A DNA stretch of 64,000 nucleotides from Chthoniobacterales bacterium. Lineage in GTDB: Bacteria > Verrucomicrobiota > Verrucomicrobiia > Chthoniobacterales > JACTMZ01. Numbering within the stretch: position 1 is the stretch's first letter; each line of letters opens with the position of its first letter. The notes under the pieces were generated by a model. That model saw only the letters and a list, made by a program, of their open reading frames with translations. It was not told the origin of the DNA and did not search any database. A program made the position numbers and the translations under genes. Location of the stretch: the NCBI GenBank assembly GCA_018883245.1, contig VEQL01000010.1, forward strand, positions 9,514 through 73,513, given 5' to 3'. This document shows, piece after piece, positions 9,952 to 18,433 of this stretch.

Positions 9952-11979
9952 ATGGCATCCCGATTTGTCACCTTCCGCCTGAGTCTTCACGAGCCGATTG
10001 CCGCAGGCACATTCCCCTCCTCCGGCACCGTGAGCGTGCGCGGAAACTTCACCAACTGGGAACCGGTCTACTTCCTCTTGGACAACGATGCCGACGGAAT
10101 CTTCTCGGCCACGATTCCCGTGCAGGGCAACGCCGGAGACACCATCGTATTCAAATACGTGCTGGCCGTCGGCACGCAGGAAACCTGGGAAACTCTCTCC
10201 GACCGTCAATACACGCTTGGTCCAACCGATGTGACGGCGTTCGTGTCCGCCGAGCCCCACATTTTCAACAAGCTCACACCCATTGCCCCGCAAAACCTTG
10301 CCACCGGCAACAGGGTGTTCTCCGTGGCTCTGGGAACTCTGCCGCAAGCATCTCCATACCGAGCCCACGTTTTCGACAACGTTGTTGGGTGGAACGGCAA
10401 CGCGCCGGTTACCGATCGCGGACTCCTTTTCGCCGATGTGCTTCCGGCCACCGACGCCGCATGGAGCACTATTGCGACGGCCGTGTCCTCTGGCACGGGA
10501 ACGGGATTCTTCGGCTGCACGCTGGATTTGCTAACGGCCTCTACCGAGTATTTTTACCGCACATTCGCCACAAATTCCCAAGGCACCACGCTGGGACCAA
10601 TCGAAAGCTTCACCACGGCCGCAGCGCCTGTGAGCGGCGCACCCGTGTCTGCCTCACTGGCCGAGAGCAGCACGGCCAAGCGCAAGAGCGCGCTCATCGA
10701 CTGGCTTGTGGCCGCATCGCCACAGCCTGCATACAAAGTTTATCTCGAACGTCTCGCGCCAAGCGGAGTGACAAGCCGCCTCTTGGATGCAAATCCAAGC
10801 CTCTTTGATGACGAGAGCGTAAGCGCCGCGGGCACCTACGAGTATTTCATCGGCATGGACTTCGGCTCCGGCGGTCGCAGCGCGGCTATCTCAACCGGAG
10901 CCATCACAATAAGCCCGTGGACGGCACCGAGCGCACCAGTCGCCTCTGGAGTCTCCAAACTTCCCGGCACGGCGCTGCTCACATGGAACACCAACGCAAG
11001 CGCTGCATTCTACGATGTGTCGCTCGGCACAAAAACGCTCGGGCAGACCGAAGGCACATACTTTCTGGCCAGCCACTTGCCGGGTGATTCTTACCTAAGC
11101 GCCGACGAGGGCGGCACCCACATCGGCACCGCGCAATTTGTCGTGACCGCATTCAATGGCGGAGGGCTGAGCAGCTCGACCACCGCAGCGGTGCCAATTC
11201 TCGCGCCGCTCAAGTTTGATGGCACAGCAAACCCCGCCAAAGTGCGCCCGGATCGCACCAACTCACGGCTACTGCTTTTGGCCAAGAGCGGGCAGTTTTC
11301 CTCAAGCAGCACATCGCGAGTGCTGCAACCCTCGGAGCTCGAACGGGCGCTGTGGGCCATGAAAACTTCCTCCTCCGTGCAATTCGAGGCAGGGGCATCG
11401 CGTGTGGGTTCGTATTTCGTGGACGCAACGGATTTGGCCGAGGACGACTGGCTTCTGGACAACACAGTGATGAGCACCGTTGACCGCAGTTTCACCGCAA
11501 CGCTGCAGTCCCACACGGCACCGAAGGTTGTTCCTCGCTACGCCGATGCCAACTTTCCCGCATCTTATGCCGGCCATTTCATCGACGGCCGCAGGTATCA
11601 GACGCTCATCAACGCCCGGATCTACAACGACACGAACGAGGCGGCCGAGTTCGTGACCGAAGGCTACCTCATGCCCGGAGCGCATCTGACACTGCGCGTG
11701 CTTTTCTACACCAACTTCAAGGGAACCATCCTGCGCATCGGCGGTCCGACCGCCTACTACCGACTCTTCAGCAAAGTTGGTCTCTTCGGAGCCCAGACCG
11801 CACGCGGGCCGAATGCCTGGACCGCAATGACGCAGCTCATCAATGCGGACATGTCCCAGAACTTCGTCAAAACCACCATCCCCGCGGGCGAAGAAGAACT
11901 GGTGGTCTTTCGCATCTACGTGCCGGCCTACATGGGAGGCAGCTCGACAACGCTTGTCGTTGCGGCTGAAAGAACCTGA
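9952..11979 (+). CDS. Multi-domain tail/decoration protein: CBM20/CBM48-like N-terminus plus FN3-like domains
   Basis: ATG at 9952, just after the upstream TAA; VSVRGNFTNW..DNDADGIFSATI..IVFKYV (starch-binding-like); TEYFYRTFATNSQGT..SFTT (FN3-like). Confidence 0.7.
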   Translation: MASRFVTFRLSLHEPIAAGTFPSSGTVSVRGNFTNWEPVYFLLDNDADGIFSATIPVQGNAGDTIVFKYVLAVGTQETWETLSDRQYTLGPTDVTAFVSAEPHIFNKLTPIAPQNLATGNRVFSVALGTLPQASPYRAHVFDNVVGWNGNAPVTDRGLLFADVLPATDAAWSTIATAVSSGTGTGFFGCTLDLLTASTEYFYRTFATNSQGTTLGPIESFTTAAAPVSGAPVSASLAESSTAKRKSALIDWLVAASPQPAYKVYLERLAPSGVTSRLLDANPSLFDDESVSAAGTYEYFIGMDFGSGGRSAAISTGAITISPWTAPSAPVASGVSKLPGTALLTWNTNASAAFYDVSLGTKTLGQTEGTYFLASHLPGDSYLSADEGGTHIGTAQFVVTAFNGGGLSSSTTAAVPILAPLKFDGTANPAKVRPDRTNSRLLLLAKSGQFSSSSTSRVLQPSELERALWAMKTSSSVQFEAGASRVGSYFVDATDLAEDDWLLDNTVMSTVDRSFTATLQSHTAPKVVPRYADANFPASYAGHFIDGRRYQTLINARIYNDTNEAAEFVTEGYLMPGAHLTLRVLFYTNFKGTILRIGGPTAYYRLFSKVGLFGAQTARGPNAWTAMTQLINADMSQNFVKTTIPAGEEELVVFRIYVPAYMGGSSTTLVVAAERT

Positions 11980-13220
11980 GTTGTTGCTACCTGCGCAGAA
12001 CGGAGACAGCGTGCCCTGCGCCACCGATCACTGATCCGGGCGGCGGAACCGTGGCCACGCTCGTCGACCAAGGCTTGTGGTTCGAGTGCGCCGTGCCTGG
12101 CGGCGGCTGCCATCATGGCATCGGATTTGTGCGCCTCTACAACGGATCGGGCACACTCCTCTACGCAGGTTGTCCAGCCACGACGGGAACACGCCGCACG
12201 TTCGTCGCCTTCGACGCGGCGCAGCTCAACTACGGCGCGCGCGTTCACATCGACTATGTCAATGACCGGGGCACTCTGCGCGGCGGCCTCACCGCTCCTT
12301 GCGCTGGCGGTCACGGTTGCAACCGCGGTTTGTTTCGCGCAGGCCTGGGCAACCGCGCCATAGGCACGGCGAACATCAACAATGCCGGTCAGGACGGGGC
12401 CAACGATGGCAGCCCCGGCATGGACCGATACAACGTGTTCGCCATTCCAAACGACATCATCGACGACTATCTGGCCGGACTAAACAGCAACCCCGGCACA
12501 CCGACCACTCCAACCGGCGCGGCGGCAACCTACATGTCGCAGACCAAGATCGTCTTGGTCTGGAACGATCTCTCCACTTCCGAAACCGCCTACGAGATCG
12601 AGCGCAAGATCGGAGGCGGCAGCTACGCGGCATTGGCCACGACCGGCCCGAACACGGCAATCTACAAGGACGAAGCACCTCCTGGCGGAGCATTCGGCTA
12701 CGACACGGCCATAAGCTACCGCCTGCGTGAGGTGCAAAGCGGCCCGACATACGGCGCGTGGGCCGAGGTTTCCATCACCACACCGCCGCCGCCCGATCCA
12801 TCGCGCCGCCAAGTCTGCTACATCGAATACAACGTTTGCACCGGATGGACCGAAGCCATCCGAAACGCCACGGCCAGCGTGAACTACCTGCCGGTGGGAT
12901 ACAAAATCGGGAGCCTGCCAGCTTTCAAGACCTTCCGCATTGCGCTCATCAACTACGCCAGCGCCGGTGTGGCCAACACTTCGCCGGGCGCCATGATCAA
13001 CGTGACCGACAGCGGCAACGTGCTGGCCAGCTATCCACTGAGCCTGCAATCCAACAACTCGCCGATTTCCCCATTCCCCTTCGACGGTTCGAGCATCGAC
13101 GGCGTGCCGTTCTCCATCACAAACATCTGGGGAAGAACCGTGGACATCGAAGCCGCGGGCGGCGTGCCGGGATTTCCGGGCATCTATTTTGACGACTCCG
13201 CTGCTTATCAGATCGTATGA
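11976..13220 (+). CDS. Cys-containing FN3-domain phage protein (start uncertain: CTG 11976 or GTG 12051)
   Basis: FN3-like IVLVWNDLSTSETAYEIERK..Y..D..SYRLR; frame is open back to a CTGA overlap with the upstream stop. Confidence 0.65.
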   Translation: MSCCYLRRTETACPAPPITDPGGGTVATLVDQGLWFECAVPGGGCHHGIGFVRLYNGSGTLLYAGCPATTGTRRTFVAFDAAQLNYGARVHIDYVNDRGTLRGGLTAPCAGGHGCNRGLFRAGLGNRAIGTANINNAGQDGANDGSPGMDRYNVFAIPNDIIDDYLAGLNSNPGTPTTPTGAAATYMSQTKIVLVWNDLSTSETAYEIERKIGGGSYAALATTGPNTAIYKDEAPPGGAFGYDTAISYRLREVQSGPTYGAWAEVSITTPPPPDPSRRQVCYIEYNVCTGWTEAIRNATASVNYLPVGYKIGSLPAFKTFRIALINYASAGVANTSPGAMINVTDSGNVLASYPLSLQSNNSPISPFPFDGSSIDGVPFSITNIWGRTVDIEAAGGVPGFPGIYFDDSAAYQIV

Positions 13221-13486
13221 GGCAACTTCTCTCGCAGGCTTACCGCGCAGGAAAAGAAATCGCCACGTGGGGCGCGGCGGGATTTCCAGTTTCGACACTG
13301 CGAGATGCGCGGCTCTCCATCTGCGCCGAGTGCCCGCGATTTGTGCAGCAAACCCGATTTTGCGAAGTGTGCGGATGCTTCATGCCCGCCAAGGCAATGA
13401 TGGCCACCTCGTCATGTCCTGAAGACCGCTGGCCCAACGTAACGGGCGCTGCTCCCGGTTCCTACGAAAAGCAGTGCGGATGCTGA
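13217..13486 (+). CDS. Small Cys-rich protein (DUF6171-like)
   Basis: RLSICAECP..CEVCGCF..K..CP..RW pattern; ATGA overlap. Confidence 0.7.
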   Translation: MRQLLSQAYRAGKEIATWGAAGFPVSTLRDARLSICAECPRFVQQTRFCEVCGCFMPAKAMMATSSCPEDRWPNVTGAAPGSYEKQCGC

Positions 13487-13509
13487 CTTTGACACGCAGC
13501 CAAGGGCAC

Positions 13510-14061
13510 ATGGTCGTTTATCTCGACACCACTTCCGGACTGCTGACAGGCGACGTGTTCCGACGCACACCCGTCACCGAACTCACAGCCAAGCGAGGAA
13601 CGGACTTAGACCTCTACGTTGTCCCTGAACGGGACATCCCGCCCACAAGTGCCGGATTGTTTGCAGCTCTACCTCCTGCCGGCGGTGCACCGATGGCCCT
13701 GGCCTCATGGCTCGCCCCAGCCAGAATGGATGAAGGCTGGCTTTTTCCGATCTCCCTGCGCGGAAGTGATCTCGCTGCTCTCTTCGCATCCGGCACAGGC
13801 AGCGTGCTACTAAACGCCGAAGTGACCGCGGTGATCGATGGCAAAACACGAAAGAGCCAGACGATCCTCATGACCGTCTATCGCGATATCTACAGCCCAA
13901 CGACTACGCCGCCAGACGTCGTCAACATACGCCGCACCAATATCGATGGGTACCAAGAATACAGCTTCAACAAGGGCGCTACGTGGTGGAAGTACGCACC
14001 AATAGTCATCGATGGCGTGCCTGAATGGCAATGGACATATTTGGGGGAGAATGAGGAATGA
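13510..14061 (+). CDS. Phage tail adaptor-like protein
   Basis: ATG at 13510 avoids overlap with the upstream gene; ATGA overlap downstream; beta-sandwich-like pattern. Confidence 0.6.
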   Translation: MVVYLDTTSGLLTGDVFRRTPVTELTAKRGTDLDLYVVPERDIPPTSAGLFAALPPAGGAPMALASWLAPARMDEGWLFPISLRGSDLAALFASGTGSVLLNAEVTAVIDGKTRKSQTILMTVYRDIYSPTTTPPDVVNIRRTNIDGYQEYSFNKGATWWKYAPIVIDGVPEWQWTYLGENEE

Positions 14062-14657
14062 AGATGATTTGCGCGGTTCTTTGGGGAGTGATGCCGGTCG
14101 CAGCGCTGGGCCAGACAATTCGCCCGGTGCAGCACTGCAACGGGGTCGTGGTGACGCCGACGAATTTTTGGAGCGCGGACGCGGCAAATGCGCGGGCTGG
14201 ATTGGGGTTGGGAACGGCGGCAACAAATAGTGCGGCGGCTTTTCAAACGGCTTCTGCAGCGCTTACGAATCTCGCTAACAACAACGCTATCAACCTGACA
14301 AATTTTCCCGCTTTGCCGATCACAAACATCGCGGGGTTGTCGGGTGCATTGGATGGAAAGTTGGCGACAAATGGGACGTTGGCAGCTGAGCAGATTACGG
14401 ATTTTAGCAATGCGGTGGTGGCAGTGGCTCCGCAAACCACGAATGCCGGTTTATTGACCGGCGGCACGCTTGATGATGGGCGGCTTTCGGCAAATGTGGC
14501 GACGACTCTGACTAATGCGCGGGCCGTGGCGTGGGTTGCAAATCCGGCGGCGACGAACTCGGCAGGCCTGCCGGGGCAAGTGGCCTATGCCTCAAATCAT
14601 TTATACATTTGCGTGGCGACGAACACATGGCGCCGCGTGCAACTCGGTACTTGGTAA
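14058..14657 (+). CDS. Short tail-fibre-like protein
   Basis: ARAGLGLGTAAT fibre motif, LSGALDGK, and C-terminal G.PGQVAY..NHLYICVATNTWRRV motif typical of phage fibres. Confidence 0.7.
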   Translation: MKMICAVLWGVMPVAALGQTIRPVQHCNGVVVTPTNFWSADAANARAGLGLGTAATNSAAAFQTASAALTNLANNNAINLTNFPALPITNIAGLSGALDGKLATNGTLAAEQITDFSNAVVAVAPQTTNAGLLTGGTLDDGRLSANVATTLTNARAVAWVANPAATNSAGLPGQVAYASNHLYICVATNTWRRVQLGTW

Positions 14658-14669
14658 CGAAACACGACT

Positions 14670-16946
14670 ATGGCACTCAACGACATCACGGTATTGCAAG
14701 AGCAGGCGGACGGATCCTTGAAGGAAATCGTTCTCACCCCCGAACTCTTGGGTGTTCCCAGCTTGGAATATGGAAAAGTTCCTGCAAGCCAACTACCGAG
14801 CTACGTCGATGACGTCATCGAGATAGATAACTTCGAGGAACTTCCAATAACTGGGGAACAGGGAACCATCTACGTAGCGCTCGACACAAACAAGACATAC
14901 CGCTGGTCGGGTTCTACCTACGTCGAAATTTCTGCTTCGCCGGGGTCAACCGATGCGGTGCCTGAGGGTTCAACAAATCTTTACCATACTTCAGCTCGTG
15001 CCGCTGCGGCGGCTCCCGTCAAATCGGTGGCGGGAAAAACGGGGGCTGTATCCCTGTCCCCAAATGACATCGGGGCTGGATGGCCCCTTGAACATCATAT
15101 CGAGATATTAGGGTCGTTAAATGGTCCACCGCTTACAACAACCATTTCAGCAGGCCGCAATAAATATATAAAATACACGGGGCCGTACTACACAGACCTA
15201 ACAGTGAATCTTCCAACGACGGACAATCAAAGCGGAGATTTGATCTCCATAGAGAACGTCATTGGCAAGCTTTCGGTTGTTAATGGCGGCATCTCACTCA
15301 TCACACTCGAACGATCTCAAGCGGCTTCATTTATCTACAACATATATCAAAGCTGTTGGGACTTAGTGCCACTGATTGATGGCGTTCGCAGCATAGGTGG
15401 TGGCGGAACCGGCGCATCTACTGCTGCTCAAGCAAGGGCGAATTTAGAAATCACTCACGTTGCTGGCGGCGGAACCAACGCCATCCAACCACGATTGAGT
15501 AGCAATCTTGCCAAAGGTAATTACTGCGTGGTAGCTGGCGGGCGTGAGAGCGTTGCTCATGGTGACTATTCAGTGATTGCGGGAGGAAACTCAAATAGCA
15601 CTAGAAACACTGGTAGCGTGGTGAGCGGCGGAAGTGGCAATTCTGCGTCAAATGCACATTCGACCGTCAGTGGCGGCGAGGAAAATGCCACGATTGCAGA
15701 CTATTCGGTGGTAGCGGGAGGGAAAAAGAACTCGGCCAGAGGTGGATACTCGCTGGTTGGTGGTGGTCAGAATAATATGGCCCTTAGCAACATGAGTGGG
15801 ATTGTTGGCGGCGTCAACAACGTGGCTGCTCAGAAGGTGAGCCGCGCCAACAACATATTATCCATCACAAACACGATTACAGTTCTTGCCGCGACGGCAG
15901 CAGATTTTGACAATACTGGATCGAACGCCATTGAAATTCGGTATTTTAGCAACCAACTTGGTTGGCAAATTGCGTATCGCACCGTTAATAGCGCAACACA
16001 AATCGGTACGAATGTTACGTTAGTATTAACTTCAAATATAGGCTCCAACCAAGAGCCGTGGACCGACGTAACGGTTCTCAATACATGGGAAACGGACACT
16101 TCTGCTGGGCAAGTTGTCGCGGGCACAAATAATACCGCGAACGGTTTGTTTGACACAGTGGGTGGCGGAATTAGAAACAGTGCAACTGGCAGCTATGGCG
16201 TGGTGTGTGGCGGCAACGACAACAAGGCGGCGGCTTCGCAAGCAGTCGTGGTCGGTGGTGCATCAAACTCGGCCACTGACCCCCATGGAGTTGTGGTTGG
16301 AGGTTTGGGCAACACGGCAGCACACAAAGCTTTTGTGGGTGGGGGTGAAGGCAACGCATCATCTGGCCAGTTTGCCGCAATAGGGTGTGGCAGGAGTAAT
16401 GTGGCGTCTGCTTTACACTCCTCGGTTCTCGGCGGACTAGGGAATCAAGCGACGGGCGACTATTCGTCGATAATCGGCGGGGCCAGAGGAAAAACCAACA
16501 AGTTTGGCGAAGTGGCCCACGCATCGGGACGGTTTATCGCCGACGGAGATGCCCAGCATTGTATGTTGGTGGCAAGAAGAACGACATTGGACGCAACAGC
16601 CAATCAACCGCTGTTTTTGAATGGTTCACATTTGTTAATGACAATTCCTGCACTAACTTTGTGGTCTTTCTCTATTAAGTTGGCCGCTTATAGCGTAAGC
16701 GACAATTTGGGTGCATGGTGGTTTTTCCGTGGGGGAATCCGAAGGAACAACGCTGGAAGCACCGTTTTAGTCGGGTCTGTCACCAGCGACAGCGGGGCAG
16801 AGACCGCGCTTTCCAGTGCCTCTGCCTCTGTAGTTGCAGATGATACCAACGACGCCTTGGAAGTTCGGGTTACTGGAATTGCAGGAAAAACGATTCGCTG
16901 GGTGGCAAGTATTGACTTAGCCCAAGTCAGCGCAGGAGCAGTGTAA
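14670..16946 (+). CDS. Phage tail fibre / receptor-binding protein with beta-roll repeats
   Basis: N-terminal GKVPASQLPSYVDDV..YRWSGSTY, EGSTNLY, VKSVAGKTGAV, GGTGASTAAQARANL; many ~14-aa SxVxGGxxNxA repeats; lower GC than flanks. Confidence 0.85.
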   Translation: MALNDITVLQEQADGSLKEIVLTPELLGVPSLEYGKVPASQLPSYVDDVIEIDNFEELPITGEQGTIYVALDTNKTYRWSGSTYVEISASPGSTDAVPEGSTNLYHTSARAAAAAPVKSVAGKTGAVSLSPNDIGAGWPLEHHIEILGSLNGPPLTTTISAGRNKYIKYTGPYYTDLTVNLPTTDNQSGDLISIENVIGKLSVVNGGISLITLERSQAASFIYNIYQSCWDLVPLIDGVRSIGGGGTGASTAAQARANLEITHVAGGGTNAIQPRLSSNLAKGNYCVVAGGRESVAHGDYSVIAGGNSNSTRNTGSVVSGGSGNSASNAHSTVSGGEENATIADYSVVAGGKKNSARGGYSLVGGGQNNMALSNMSGIVGGVNNVAAQKVSRANNILSITNTITVLAATAADFDNTGSNAIEIRYFSNQLGWQIAYRTVNSATQIGTNVTLVLTSNIGSNQEPWTDVTVLNTWETDTSAGQVVAGTNNTANGLFDTVGGGIRNSATGSYGVVCGGNDNKAAASQAVVVGGASNSATDPHGVVVGGLGNTAAHKAFVGGGEGNASSGQFAAIGCGRSNVASALHSSVLGGLGNQATGDYSSIIGGARGKTNKFGEVAHASGRFIADGDAQHCMLVARRTTLDATANQPLFLNGSHLLMTIPALTLWSFSIKLAAYSVSDNLGAWWFFRGGIRRNNAGSTVLVGSVTSDSGAETALSSASASVVADDTNDALEVRVTGIAGKTIRWVASIDLAQVSAGAV

Positions 16947-16968
16947 AAAACACGGAGAACATAACAAC

Positions 16969-17247
16969 ATGAGTATCGAGGAAGTGAGAAACCAACGCGG
17001 CCTGAGGCTGACCTTTAGCGAGGCGGTGGCAGCGGTAGCGATGTTGGTAGCCCTTTTCTCGGCGCTGAGCGGGTGGATCGTGTTGCCGGAGCAGGTGCGT
17101 TACGTGCGCGAGGAAAACATCAAACAGGAAGCCCGCATTACGGCGATCGAAGCTGTGGCACAGGAAAGAGCTGAAACCCTCGCCCGAATCGACGAGCGCA
17201 CCAAACGGATCGAGGAGAGGCTCAAACATCCGCCGCAGGATTTTTGA
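16969..17247 (+). CDS. Small single-TM coiled-coil protein, holin-like
   Basis: One hydrophobic helix followed by a charged coiled coil (LARIDERTKRIEE); follows the tail fibre; GGAG upstream. Confidence 0.5.
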   Translation: MSIEEVRNQRGLRLTFSEAVAAVAMLVALFSALSGWIVLPEQVRYVREENIKQEARITAIEAVAQERAETLARIDERTKRIEERLKHPPQDF

Positions 17248-17253
17248 CAGCGC

Positions 17254-17278
17254 TCCTGTCATTGCCGCAATGACAGGA
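17254..17278. promoter_or_regulatory. Perfect inverted repeat covering the epimerase start codon
   Basis: TCCTGTCATTGC-C-GCAATGACAGGA; ATG 17270 lies in the right arm; TTGACA at 17244-17249 just upstream. Confidence 0.5.
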
Positions 17279-18205
17279 AAGGTGCTCATCACAGGCGGGG
17301 CCGGATTTATCGGCTCGCACTTGGCCCGAAGCCTTCTGGCGGCGGGCGCCAAGGTCGGCATCCTCGACAACTTCGACGACTTCTACAGTCCGCAAACCAA
17401 GCGGCAGAATATCAAGGACCTCGCGGCCGAGGTCTTTGTCGCCGACATTCGTGATGCCGCAGAGCTCCAGAAAGTAGCCGACCGCGGCTGGGACTCGATC
17501 GTGCATCTGGCCGCTTTGGCTGGAGTGCGGCCCTCAATCGCCAATCCCCGCGCCTACATCGACACCAATGTCACCGGCACGCTCAACGTGCTGGAGGCGG
17601 CACGAGGGGCGGGCATCGGCCAGGTGGTTTTTGGCAGCAGCTCGTCGGTCTACGGCGCGAGCGGCAAGGGTCCCTTCAAGGAATCAAGTCCCCTGCCCGC
17701 TACGCTGAGCCCCTACGCCGCAACGAAAGTTGCCGCCGAGCAACTCTGCTCGGTCTACAGCCATCTCCACGCTATCCGCTGCGTCGTGCTGCGCTTTTTC
17801 ACCGTCTACGGCCCCGGGCAGCGGCCCGATCTGGCGATCAGCAAATTCACCCGCGCCATGCTGGAGGGGCGAGAAATTCCGTTTCATGGCGACGGCTCAA
17901 GCCAGCGCGACTACACGCATGTCAGCGACATCGTGGCCGGCATCTCGGCTGCGTTGGACTACCGCAAAACGCCCTATGAGGTTTTCAACCTTGGAAGCGG
18001 GCGTCGCATCACGCTGGCAAAGCTCGTCGGAACGCTGGAGCGGATCACAGGCAAAGCAGCCATCCTCGAGCGGTTGTCGGCACAAGCTGCGGACATGGTG
18101 GAGACCTGGGCCGACATCACCAAGGCGTCGAATACCCTGGGTTATCGTTGCAAGACGCGTTTGTCGGCCGGTTTGCGTGCTTTCGTGCAACTGAGCGCAG
18201 CGTGA
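17270..18205 (+). CDS. NAD-dependent epimerase (UDP-glucuronate 4-epimerase-like extended SDR)
   Basis: TGGAGFIG, HLAALAGVRPS, SSSSVYG, YAATK (YxxxK), RFFTVYGPGQRPDLA. Confidence 0.9.
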   Translation: MTGKVLITGGAGFIGSHLARSLLAAGAKVGILDNFDDFYSPQTKRQNIKDLAAEVFVADIRDAAELQKVADRGWDSIVHLAALAGVRPSIANPRAYIDTNVTGTLNVLEAARGAGIGQVVFGSSSSVYGASGKGPFKESSPLPATLSPYAATKVAAEQLCSVYSHLHAIRCVVLRFFTVYGPGQRPDLAISKFTRAMLEGREIPFHGDGSSQRDYTHVSDIVAGISAALDYRKTPYEVFNLGSGRRITLAKLVGTLERITGKAAILERLSAQAADMVETWADITKASNTLGYRCKTRLSAGLRAFVQLSAA

Positions 18206-18206
18206 C

Positions 18207-18404
18207 TCAACGCGCGTGTGCAGTCAGAAAGCATTCAAGATCCGATCGCCGTATGCGATAGGACCGGCGGGAGAGACGCAGGTGCGGCAGCTTTCCGCTG
18301 CGACACCACGCGTAAATCGTGGAAACTTTTTGGCCGAGGATGCTCGCTACTTCGGGGCACTTGAGCAGTTGATTCGGCGCTGTTTGGTCGTGTTCGTTTT
18401 GCAT
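18207..18404 (-). CDS. Excisionase-like helix-turn-helix protein
   Basis: LLKCPEVASILG..STIYAWCRSGKLP..YRIRRSDL (HTH_17-like); directly downstream of the integrase. Confidence 0.8.
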   Translation of the reverse strand: MQNEHDQTAPNQLLKCPEVASILGQKVSTIYAWCRSGKLPHLRLSRRSYRIRRSDLECFLTAHAR

Positions 18405-18433
18405 GGCGCCAATTGCGCCGTGTCAACTTTGGC

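Noticed and set aside
14670..16946. Diversity-generating retroelement or invertible cassette acting on the tail fibre
   Set aside because: No reverse transcriptase, invertase or near-identical TR/VR pair is visible in the window; cannot be excluded in the missing left arm
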